Notes under the pieces: generated by a model
Database searches by the model: none
What the model was told of the DNA's origin: nothing
What the model saw: only the letters and a program-made list of their open reading frames with translations
Assembly: GCA_023701365.1 (NCBI GenBank)
Contig: JAMPXD010000006.1
Coordinates: forward strand, 1-32,000
Length of the DNA: 32,000 nt
Source: Geobacteraceae bacterium
GTDB lineage: Bacteria > Desulfobacterota > Desulfuromonadia > Geobacterales > Geobacteraceae
Direction: 5' to 3'
Shown: positions 14,168-21,678 of the stretch, piece after piece
How positions within the stretch are numbered: position 1 is the first letter of the stretch
Layout: each line of letters opens with the position of its first letter
Program-made: the position numbers and the translations under genes

Positions 14168-15020
14168 ACCTGTTCAGCCGCGGGTCGAGGGCGTCCCTGA
14201 TCCCCTCCCCCAGCAGGTTGTAGGAGAGGACCGTGACCAGGATGGCCAGGCCGGGAAAGAGGGAGAGCCACCAGGCGAACTCGATGTAATCCTTGCCGGA
14301 GGTGAGGATGTTCCCCCAGCTCGGGGTCGGCGGCTGGACGCCGATGCCGAGGAACGACAGGGCCGATTCGGTCAGGATCGCTCCGGCCACCCCGAGGGAG
14401 GCGGAGACGAGAACCGGGGACATGGCGTTGGGGAGGACGTGGCGGAAGATGATGCGCAGATCCGATGCGCCGATGGCCCGCGCCGCCATGATATAGTCCC
14501 GTTCCCGGATCGACAGAACCTCGGCCCGCACCAGCCGGGCCACCCCCATCCAGCCGGTCAGGCCGATGATGATCATGATGTACCAGATGGACGGCTCCAG
14601 CATGGCAATCACCGCCAGGATCAGGAAAAAGGTGGGGAAGCAGAGCATGATGTCGACGAAGCGCATGAAGACGTTATCGACCCAGCCGCCGTAGTAGGCG
14701 GAAACCAGCCCGATCACGGTGCCGACCAGGACCGCGATCCCCACCGCCACAAAGCCGACCTTCAGGGAGATCTTGGCGCCGAAAATCACCCTGGTGAAGA
14801 CGTCCCGCCCCAGCTCGTCGGTGCCGAACCAGTGGTCGGCTGACGGCGGCATCAGCACCTGGTAGAGGTCGAGGGAGTCCGGATCGTACGGGGTGATCCA
14901 TGGAGCCAGCAGGGAGACCAGGAAGAGGATGAGGACCACGATCCCCCCCGCCACGGCAAAGCGGTTGCCGCGGAATCTGCGCCAGAAAACCTGGTAGATG
15001 TAACTCTCTTTGATCGGCAT
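14166..15020 (-). CDS. ABC peptide/nickel-type importer permease (OppC/DppC-like)
   Basis: 284 aa, 6 TM segments. N-terminal pattern WRRFRGNRFAVAGGIVVLILF and the binding-protein-dependent transport signature region (...ARAIGASDLRIIFRHVLPN...). AGAGGT SD. Confidence 0.9.
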   Translation of the reverse strand: MPIKESYIYQVFWRRFRGNRFAVAGGIVVLILFLVSLLAPWITPYDPDSLDLYQVLMPPSADHWFGTDELGRDVFTRVIFGAKISLKVGFVAVGIAVLVGTVIGLVSAYYGGWVDNVFMRFVDIMLCFPTFFLILAVIAMLEPSIWYIMIIIGLTGWMGVARLVRAEVLSIRERDYIMAARAIGASDLRIIFRHVLPNAMSPVLVSASLGVAGAILTESALSFLGIGVQPPTPSWGNILTSGKDYIEFAWWLSLFPGLAILVTVLSYNLLGEGIRDALDPRLNR

Positions 15021-15102
15021 GCAGCGATACCTCTATACAAAAAAGAAGCAATGGGAAAGGTGGATTTTGTGCAAGGTCAAGGCGATCGAGGGATGACGCG
15101 GA

Positions 15103-15121
15103 GGCGTGGCAGCGCCACGCC
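15103..15121. other. Perfect 8-bp GC hairpin in the oppB-oppC spacer
   Basis: GGCGTGGC-AGC-GCCACGCC inside the 152-nt intercistronic spacer. No T-run follows, so this may be an mRNA processing or stability element. Confidence 0.6.
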
Positions 15122-15172
15122 GCACAAGGAATCCCGAAGATCAACGCAGAGATTGCGCAAAAGCCGCGTTTC

Positions 15173-16144
15173 CTAGTGGCGGATGCGGGGGTCGGCCAGG
15201 GCGTAGCCTATGTCGGCCAGCAGGTTCCCCACCAGGGTGAGGCATGCCCCGATCACCAGTATCCCCATGACCAGCGGATAATCGCGCGCCATCACCCCCA
15301 TGTAGAAGAGCTGCCCCATCCCGGGAAGGGCGTAGATGGTCTCGAAGATCACGCTCCCGCCGATCAGCCCGGGCACCGAGAAGCCGAGCAGCGTTATCAC
15401 CGGCAGGAGGGCGTTGCGCAGGGCGTGCCGGTAGATGACCGTCCGCTCGGAAAGCCCCTTGGCCCTGGCGGTGGTAATGTAGTCCTGGCCGATCACCTCC
15501 AGCATGGTGGAGCGCATGTAGCGGGAGAGCCCGGCCAGGCTCGAGAAGGTGGCAACGGAAACGGGGAGGATCAGGTGTCTGGCCATATCGAGCAGCCAAG
15601 CCACGGTACCCATCCCCTCGCTCCCCATCGAATGCAGCCCGGAGATCGGAAGCCAGCCAAGCTTGACGCCGAAGACGTACATCAGGAGGAGCGCCAGCCA
15701 GAAGGTGGGGACCGCAAAGCCGAGAAAAACGAAGACCGTGATCCCCTTGTCCAGCGGGGTGTCGCGCCTGGTCGCGGCAAAGATCCCGATCGGCACGGCG
15801 ATGCCGAACTGGAGGACGAGGGCGATGATGTTGAGGGAAAGGGTCACCGGGATCCGTTCCCTGATCTTGTCCACCACCTTCCGCCCGTCCGGGGCGAACG
15901 AGCGGCCGAAATCGAGGCGCGAGAGCCGCCCGACCCATTTGACATACTGGACATGGAGCGGCTTGTCCAGCTCGTAGAACTTCCGCAGCCGCTCCCGCGC
16001 CTCGGCGGTCACCTTCGGGTTCATGGCGACCTGCATCTCCACCGGCTCGCCGGGGGCGAGGTGGATCACCGTGAAGGTGATGAGGGTGATCCCGAACAGG
16101 AGGGGGATCATCAGCAGCAGACGTTTTATCAGATATTGGGCCAT
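15173..16144 (-). CDS. ABC peptide/nickel-type importer permease (OppB/DppB-like)
   Basis: 323 aa. N-terminus [24 protein letters not shown] is typical of OppB/DppB. EAA-loop region [23 protein letters not shown]. No SD: the ATG is immediately preceded by the CTCAAAA repeat array. Confidence 0.9.
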   Translation of the reverse strand: MAQYLIKRLLLMIPLLFGITLITFTVIHLAPGEPVEMQVAMNPKVTAEARERLRKFYELDKPLHVQYVKWVGRLSRLDFGRSFAPDGRKVVDKIRERIPVTLSLNIIALVLQFGIAVPIGIFAATRRDTPLDKGITVFVFLGFAVPTFWLALLLMYVFGVKLGWLPISGLHSMGSEGMGTVAWLLDMARHLILPVSVATFSSLAGLSRYMRSTMLEVIGQDYITTARAKGLSERTVIYRHALRNALLPVITLLGFSVPGLIGGSVIFETIYALPGMGQLFYMGVMARDYPLVMGILVIGACLTLVGNLLADIGYALADPRIRH

Positions 16145-16227
16145 TTTGAGTTTTGAGTTTTGAGTTTTGAGTTTTGAGTTTTGAGTTTTGAGTTTTGAGT
16201 TTTGAGTTTTGAGTTTTGAGTTTTGAG
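16144..16227. repeat. Heptanucleotide tandem array (TTTTGAG)12, which is (CTCAAAA)12 on the coding strand
   Basis: 12 perfect units counted from 16144 to 16227. The last minus-strand unit contributes the A of the oppB-like ATG. The array fills most of the SBP-permease spacer. Confidence 0.95.
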
Positions 16228-16256
16228 ATTCAGCCTTTAACTAAGAACTCAAAACT
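16219..16256 (-). promoter_or_regulatory. Hairpin between a single inverted repeat unit and the heptamer array (post-SBP mRNA stem-loop)
   Basis: CTCAAAACT (16248-16256, just after the SBP stop at 16260) is complementary to AGTTTTGAG (16219-16227): 9 bp with a 20-nt loop. It could pair in register with any of the 12 units. Confidence 0.6.
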
Positions 16257-16259
16257 GCT

Positions 16260-17879
16260 TCAATAAATCTGCTCTTCCTTCGGCACGTACCAGCGGATCA
16301 GGTTGTGGGAGATACCGGCCGGAGCCGGCTCGATCCCGCGAAACCGGGCGCTCACCGCGGGGAGCGCGTCCGGGACATAGAGGAAGGTGTAGGGCTGGTC
16401 CTGCGCCAGAATCTCCTGGATCCGCCAGTAGCAGCGCCGCCTCTTCTCCTGGTCGAAGGTGCCGCGCCCCTCTTCCAGGAGCCGGTCCACTTCGGGGTTC
16501 TTGTAGCCGATGAAGTTCAGCTCCTTGGGGCCGGTCTTGCTGGAATGCCAGATGTCGAACATGTCCGGGTCGGGGGAGATTGTCCACCCCAGCATGACCG
16601 CCTCGAAGTTCCCCTTGTCGATGAACTGGGAAAGAAACGAGGCCCACTCGATCACCCTGATCTTCACGTCGATCCCGACCTTCTTCAGGCGGCGCTGGAC
16701 GATCTGGGCGGTCTTGAGCCGCTCCGTGTTCCCCTGGTTGGTCAGGATGGTGAACCGGAACGGCTTCCCCTCCCTGACCAGAATCCCCTCGCCGTTGGTT
16801 TCCCGCCACCCCGCCTCGGCCAGGAGCTGCCGGGCCCGCTCCGGGTTGTACTCGAAATCCCGCACCTGCGGGTTGTAGGCCCAGGTCCCGGGCTTGTAGG
16901 GCCCATGGGCGACCTGCCCCATCCCGAGGAGGACGCCGTGGACGATCTCCGCCTTGTTGATGGCCGCGGTGAGGGCCTGGCGCACCCGCCGGTCGGCAAA
17001 GAGCGGGTGCCGGAGGTTGTAGCCGAGATAGGTGAAGGCGGACGCCGGGTAGCGGTACTTGTTGAAGCGGGCCCGGAACTCGCTGGTTTCGGTCTGGCGC
17101 TGGTACTGGACCGGGGAGAGTCCCATCATGTCGAGGGCCCCCGCCTTCAGCTCCATGTACATGGTGGAGTTGTCAGGGATGATTCGGTAGATGTAGCGGT
17201 CGATCCAGGGCCTCCCCTCGTAATAGTCCCGGTTGGCTTCCAGGGTGATCTTCTGCCCGGCGACCCATTCCTTGAAGGTATAGGGCCCGGTCCCCACCGG
17301 CCGGCGGGCGAGCTCGCTGGTGGTGATATCCTTCCCTTCCAGGAGGTGGGCGGGCAGAATTGCCATCCCCCACGATTCCAGGGCCGGCGCGAACGGCTTG
17401 GCATAGGTGACCCGGAAGGTATGGAGGTCAGGAGCCACGGCGCTCTGTACCTGCTTGAAGGCGTCGGCATAGGCGGTGGGGGTCTTGGGATCGATGGTGA
17501 CGCGGTAGGTGTACATGACGTCGCGGGAGGTGAACTCTTGGCCGTCGTGCCATTTCACCCCCTTGCGGAGGTGGAAGGTGATGGTCAGCCCGTCGCCGGA
17601 TACGTCCCACGACTCGGCGAGCTCCCCCTCCAGGTTCAAGTTCTTGTCGTACCGGACCAGGCCGTTGTAGATCCTGCCGGCGACCTCATGGGAAGCGTTG
17701 TCGGAGGCGAGCAGGGGGAGCAGCGTCGAGGGTTCGCCGATGGAGCCGACCACCAGGGCATCGCCTTGGGCAGGCGTGCCCGGGCCGCGCTGGACGGGGG
17801 GCGCCGCCTTTCTCCCGCCATCACATGCAGCGAGGAGGAAAAGGGCGATCAGCAGGGAGGCGAGCCACCCTGTCCTCAT
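16260..17879 (-). CDS. ABC transporter substrate-binding lipoprotein, family 5 (OppA/DppA/NikA-like)
   Basis: 539 aa. Lipoprotein signal with lipobox (LFLLAAC). Family-5 SBP pattern throughout (e.g. LVRYDKNLNLEGELAESW, WHDG, GPY). The start overlaps the TPR gene stop by 4 nt (ATGA). Confidence 0.92.
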   Translation of the reverse strand: MRTGWLASLLIALFLLAACDGGRKAAPPVQRGPGTPAQGDALVVGSIGEPSTLLPLLASDNASHEVAGRIYNGLVRYDKNLNLEGELAESWDVSGDGLTITFHLRKGVKWHDGQEFTSRDVMYTYRVTIDPKTPTAYADAFKQVQSAVAPDLHTFRVTYAKPFAPALESWGMAILPAHLLEGKDITTSELARRPVGTGPYTFKEWVAGQKITLEANRDYYEGRPWIDRYIYRIIPDNSTMYMELKAGALDMMGLSPVQYQRQTETSEFRARFNKYRYPASAFTYLGYNLRHPLFADRRVRQALTAAINKAEIVHGVLLGMGQVAHGPYKPGTWAYNPQVRDFEYNPERARQLLAEAGWRETNGEGILVREGKPFRFTILTNQGNTERLKTAQIVQRRLKKVGIDVKIRVIEWASFLSQFIDKGNFEAVMLGWTISPDPDMFDIWHSSKTGPKELNFIGYKNPEVDRLLEEGRGTFDQEKRRRCYWRIQEILAQDQPYTFLYVPDALPAVSARFRGIEPAPAGISHNLIRWYVPKEEQIY

Positions 17880-19582
17880 TTATCACCGATCTCGGTCTTG
17901 ATTTTCCTGATCTTCTCCGCCACGTCCTTGCGCTCCGGATCGAGCTCCAGCGCCTTGCGGTAGAGGGGGAGGGCCTTGCGGTATTCGTGCCTGGCAAAAT
18001 AGACCTCAGCCAGGTGCGCGGCAACGGTGGCGTCATCATCGACCAGCTCCATTGCCCGCTCCAGGTTCAGGATTGCCTCGTCGTAGCGTTTCAGCTTGAA
18101 ATATACCCAGCCGAGGCTATCCCGGATGAAACCGTCGTCAGGGCGAAGGCTGGCCGCCTTCTTCAGGTACTGGAGGGCCTCGTCGAGGTTGGTCCCCATC
18201 TCGGCATAGGTGTAGCCGAGATAGTTGAGCGCCTGCGGGTCGTCCGGGGTCAGGGCGATGACCTCCTTCATCCGGGCGATCGACTCGCTTTTCTTGCCCA
18301 TCTTGTCGTACAAGATGCCGATGCGGAAGATGATCCGCGTGTCGGCGGGGAAACGTTTTTCAATGTCGGTGAGGACCCCCAGCCCCTCCTCATGCCGCTC
18401 CATCGACTCGTAGAGCGCCGCGAGGTGCAGATGAAGCTCGATCCGCTCCGGCTTTCCGGTGATGGCCTCCCTGAGGAGCGCAACACCCCGCTCCGGCTCC
18501 CCCTTGTCCTTGTAGAGGAACGCCAGATGCCCGACCGCTTCCAGGTAGTTGAAGGCTGCGGGAGGAATCTTCTGCAGTTCCTCGATGGCACGCCCCGTGT
18601 CCCCCTTCTCCTCGTAGGCAGTGCCGAGATAGAGCCTTATCTGATGAGCGTTCGGTTCCTTGCCGAGAATTTCCGTGAACTCCTTGACGGCGTCGTCGTA
18701 ACGCTCCAGTTCCATGTAGATCAGGCCGATCTTTCTGTTTGTTTCCAGCCCGCCGTAGCCGGAGGCTGCCAGCTTCCGCAGCAGGGAGAGCGCATCCGGC
18801 AGGCGCTGCTGCCGGATGTATAACTGGGCGAGGTGCTGCATCACGTTGACGTTCGCGGGATTCACCTCGATGAGCTGCTCGTACGTCCGGATCGCCTCTT
18901 CATGGAGCTCCTGGGTCTCCTGGGAGATGGCGAGGTCTATCAGTGCCTGCTCGAAATCGGGTTTGAATTCGATCGCCTTCTTGTAGTAATTGACCGCCTC
19001 CCTGGAGAGCTTCATCTGGTCGTAGGTCTTGGCCAGATAGTAATAACCGAGAGCGGAGTCCGGCACGGTCTTGATCAGCTCCTTCAGCGTGTTGACCGCC
19101 TCTTCGTATTCGAACAGCTTCACATAGGTGATCGCCAGGTGGAGAGCGACTTCTTCCTTTTCGGGATTCAGCTCCCTGGCCTTCTTGTAGTGGACGACCG
19201 CTTCCCTGTCCCTCTTCATCCCCATCAGCAGATTGCCCGCGAACATACGCGCCGCCATGTTGTCCGGGTCCAGGCTGATGGCCGCTTCAGCGGCAGCGAG
19301 GGCCTCGGTGGGCCGGTTCATCTTCAGGTAGACATTTGCCAGCGCCAGCTGGAGGTGCGGCGAGTTGGGGTCTGCCTCCACGGCAGCCTGCAGGAGCGCC
19401 AGGGCTCCCTCCAGATCGCCCTCGATCAGGTGGAGCCGGGCCTGGGAATAGAGGTAGAGGGTTCTTGAGTCGGCGATGTTCAGGGCCGGCCCGGCAGCTG
19501 GGGGATCGCTCACCCGGTTCGCGGCACAGCCGGACATCAGGGCGAATACGGAGACAATTGCCATCAGCTTCGTCAGTTTCAT
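17876..19582 (-). CDS. TPR-repeat lipoprotein
   Basis: Preferred start is the ATG at 19582 (MKLTKLMAIVSVFALMSGC with lipobox LMSGC); the track start at 19621 adds 13 residues. There are about 14 tandem 34-residue TPR-like units (A..YL..G....A...Y.KALELDP). Confidence 0.85.
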   Translation of the reverse strand: MKLTKLMAIVSVFALMSGCAANRVSDPPAAGPALNIADSRTLYLYSQARLHLIEGDLEGALALLQAAVEADPNSPHLQLALANVYLKMNRPTEALAAAEAAISLDPDNMAARMFAGNLLMGMKRDREAVVHYKKARELNPEKEEVALHLAITYVKLFEYEEAVNTLKELIKTVPDSALGYYYLAKTYDQMKLSREAVNYYKKAIEFKPDFEQALIDLAISQETQELHEEAIRTYEQLIEVNPANVNVMQHLAQLYIRQQRLPDALSLLRKLAASGYGGLETNRKIGLIYMELERYDDAVKEFTEILGKEPNAHQIRLYLGTAYEEKGDTGRAIEELQKIPPAAFNYLEAVGHLAFLYKDKGEPERGVALLREAITGKPERIELHLHLAALYESMERHEEGLGVLTDIEKRFPADTRIIFRIGILYDKMGKKSESIARMKEVIALTPDDPQALNYLGYTYAEMGTNLDEALQYLKKAASLRPDDGFIRDSLGWVYFKLKRYDEAILNLERAMELVDDDATVAAHLAEVYFARHEYRKALPLYRKALELDPERKDVAEKIRKIKTEIGDK

Positions 19583-19858
19583 GGGTTTCCCGATGCGAAA
19601 AAAACACCAGACGCATGTCAAAGATGGTTCGCGTCAGTCACGAACTCTTTGCGACGCCTGGTATTTGGGTGGTTTTCACGGTTGAGCGGGGGAGTCTGGG
19701 GGAATCACCCTCATCCGCCGTCAATCTGTTTTTATTACACGCTGTTTATCTAAAAAGCTAACACAAATCAAAAGGAGCGTCAAACAATAATCTCTGTTGT
19801 TTCTTGCGATAATCGGCCGGTATGATATCGTAAATAATAATGCCGCAAAGGATTCCGA

Positions 19859-21421
19859 ATGGAACAGAGGACTCTAAAATCACTCCTTAAACCCTCGGCA
19901 TACCCGGAAGCCACCACCTCAGTCCGCCTCGTTCAAACGCACGTCTCGTTCATCTTCATCACCGACAATTTCGTCTACAAAATCAAGAAGCCGGTCGATT
20001 TCGAATTCCTGAACTTTACCACCCTCGACCGGCGCCGCTTTTACTGTAATGAAGAGGTCCGCCTCAACCGCCGCCTCTGCCCGGATATCTATCTGGGTGT
20101 TGTGGAGGTGCGGGAATCCTCCGGCGGCGCAATGATCGACGCGGAAGGGCCGGTGATCGACTACGCGGTGAAGATGAAAAGGCTCCCCGAGGAGCGGATG
20201 CTCGACCGGCTGCTCCGCGCAGGCGAGGTGTCCGACGGCGACATCAGGCGGATTGCCGGCACCATCGCCGAGTTCCACCTGAACGCCGGCCGGAGTGAGG
20301 AGATCGACAGCTACGGCAGAGTGGAGAGGATCAGGTGGAACTGGGACGAAAATTTCCAGCAGATCGCCGGTTTCATCTCCGTCACCATCGGCAACCGGGA
20401 TCTGCTGACCATCAGGGAGTGGGTGGAAAAGTTCCTGGCGGAACAGGAAGGGCTCTTCGCCAGCCGGGTCTCCCAAGGGTTCATCAGGGAGTGCGACGGC
20501 GACATCCATACGGAAAACATCTGCCTTGCCGACCAGGTCTGGGTCTTCGACTGCATCGAGTTCAACAACCGCTTCCGTTACTCCGACACCGCAGCCGACA
20601 TCGCCTTTCTCCTGATGGATTTCGATTTCCATGGCCGGCCCGACCTTTCCGGGGTGTTTCTGAGCGAATACGTCGCCATCACCGGGGACCGGGATATCTG
20701 CCGGCTCCTCGATTTCTACAAGACTTACCGGGCCGTTATCAGGGGGAAGGTGGAGAGTTTCCGGCTGCGCGACCCGCACATACCGGAAAACGAGAAGCAG
20801 GCCGCCAGGGAGAGGGCGATCCGCTATTTCCGCCTCGCCCGGGGCTATGTCATCCGCCAGCGGCTCCCCCCCACCCTGATCATCACCTGCGGCCCGATGG
20901 GGAGCGGCAAAAGCACCGTAGCAGCCGGCCTCTCCCTTGAGCTGGGGATCGAGGCGGTCTCGTCCGACCGGGTGCGCAAGGAACTCGCAGCCGTCCCGGA
21001 ATATTCCCATGATTTCTCGGCATACGGCACAGGGATCTACAGTGCGGCGTTCACCGAGGCAACCTACGGCGAGTTGCTGGCCAGAGCGGAGCAAGCCCTG
21101 GCAGGGGGGCGGAGCGTCATCATCGATGCCACCTTCCGCAGGAGGGGAGAGCGGGACCGCTTCCGCGCCCTCGCCGGCAAATTTTCCGCCCCTTTCCGGA
21201 TCATCCGGACGACCGCCCCGGAAGATCTCCTGAGAAAGCGGCTCGAACAGCGGCTGACGAGCCCTCGCGAGGCCTCGGACGGCAGATGGGAGCTGTTCCG
21301 GAAGCAACAGGAGGAGTTTGAGCCGTTGGGACAGGATGAGCCGAATCAGATTTCTCTCGACACTTCCCTTCCGCTGCATGATACTATCAACACGATTCTG
21401 CATGCCCTGGGGATACTATGA
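19859..21421 (+). CDS. Fusion protein: kinase-fold (aminoglycoside-phosphotransferase-like) domain plus P-loop kinase (AAA_33-like) domain
   Basis: 520 aa. The N-terminal roughly 330 aa carry catalytic-loop-like DGDIHTENI and FDCIEFN. The C-terminal part has Walker A GPMGSGKST. AAAGGA SD. The stop overlaps the next gene (ATGA). Confidence 0.85.
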   Translation: MEQRTLKSLLKPSAYPEATTSVRLVQTHVSFIFITDNFVYKIKKPVDFEFLNFTTLDRRRFYCNEEVRLNRRLCPDIYLGVVEVRESSGGAMIDAEGPVIDYAVKMKRLPEERMLDRLLRAGEVSDGDIRRIAGTIAEFHLNAGRSEEIDSYGRVERIRWNWDENFQQIAGFISVTIGNRDLLTIREWVEKFLAEQEGLFASRVSQGFIRECDGDIHTENICLADQVWVFDCIEFNNRFRYSDTAADIAFLLMDFDFHGRPDLSGVFLSEYVAITGDRDICRLLDFYKTYRAVIRGKVESFRLRDPHIPENEKQAARERAIRYFRLARGYVIRQRLPPTLIITCGPMGSGKSTVAAGLSLELGIEAVSSDRVRKELAAVPEYSHDFSAYGTGIYSAAFTEATYGELLARAEQALAGGRSVIIDATFRRRGERDRFRALAGKFSAPFRIIRTTAPEDLLRKRLEQRLTSPREASDGRWELFRKQQEEFEPLGQDEPNQISLDTSLPLHDTINTILHALGIL

Positions 21422-21678
21422 AAAATGAGCTGAAACGGACATTGTTGAAGCGCTTCCATCTTACGGAAATATGGGTGATCTTCTTCATCCTCGGGATAAT
21501 CATGATGAATTATCCTTTTGTTCACATATTTTACAAACCACGCCAGATCTTCGGGATACCGGCCTTCTTTCTCTATCTCTACCTCGGCTGGCTGATCTCC
21601 ATTTGCGTAATCTACCTCTTCGTCAAAGCCACTGACCTGAATGAGGGAAAAAACAAAGACAAAGGGGAGCATCGCTGA
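21418..21678 (+). CDS. Small 2-TM membrane protein, translationally coupled on both sides
   Basis: 86 aa with two hydrophobic helices (IWVIFFILGIIMMNYPFVHIF; IPAFFLYLYLGWLISICVIYLFV). ATGA overlap with the upstream gene, and TGATG overlap (1 nt) with the downstream SSS-domain gene. Confidence 0.7.
   Translation: MKNELKRTLLKRFHLTEIWVIFFILGIIMMNYPFVHIFYKPRQIFGIPAFFLYLYLGWLISICVIYLFVKATDLNEGKNKDKGEHR

Noticed and set aside
15141-15938. 265-aa alternative minus-frame ORF inside the oppB-like gene, and 14674-15144 spanning the oppB-oppC spacer
   Set aside because: They are out of frame with a permease that has clear TM and EAA-loop features. The translations are Arg/Pro/Gly-rich.
14115-16227. 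Whether the tandem arrays (14115-14167, 16144-16227) could be CRISPR or a coding repeat
   Set aside because: The units are 7 nt and contiguous with no spacers, so they are not CRISPR. They lie outside the called CDSs (touching only stop and start codons), and a 7-nt period cannot keep a reading frame.
16305-17963. 552-aa plus-strand ORF antisense to the family-5 substrate-binding protein
   Set aside because: A high-GC antisense open frame. It is the longest such case in the window, but the composition (Gly/Pro/Val/Asp/Leu runs) and the lack of any start context argue against coding.
19919-21403. 494-aa minus-strand ORF antisense to the kinase-fold/P-loop gene
   Set aside because: Antisense artefact. 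The sense frame has the catalytic-loop and Walker A motifs.
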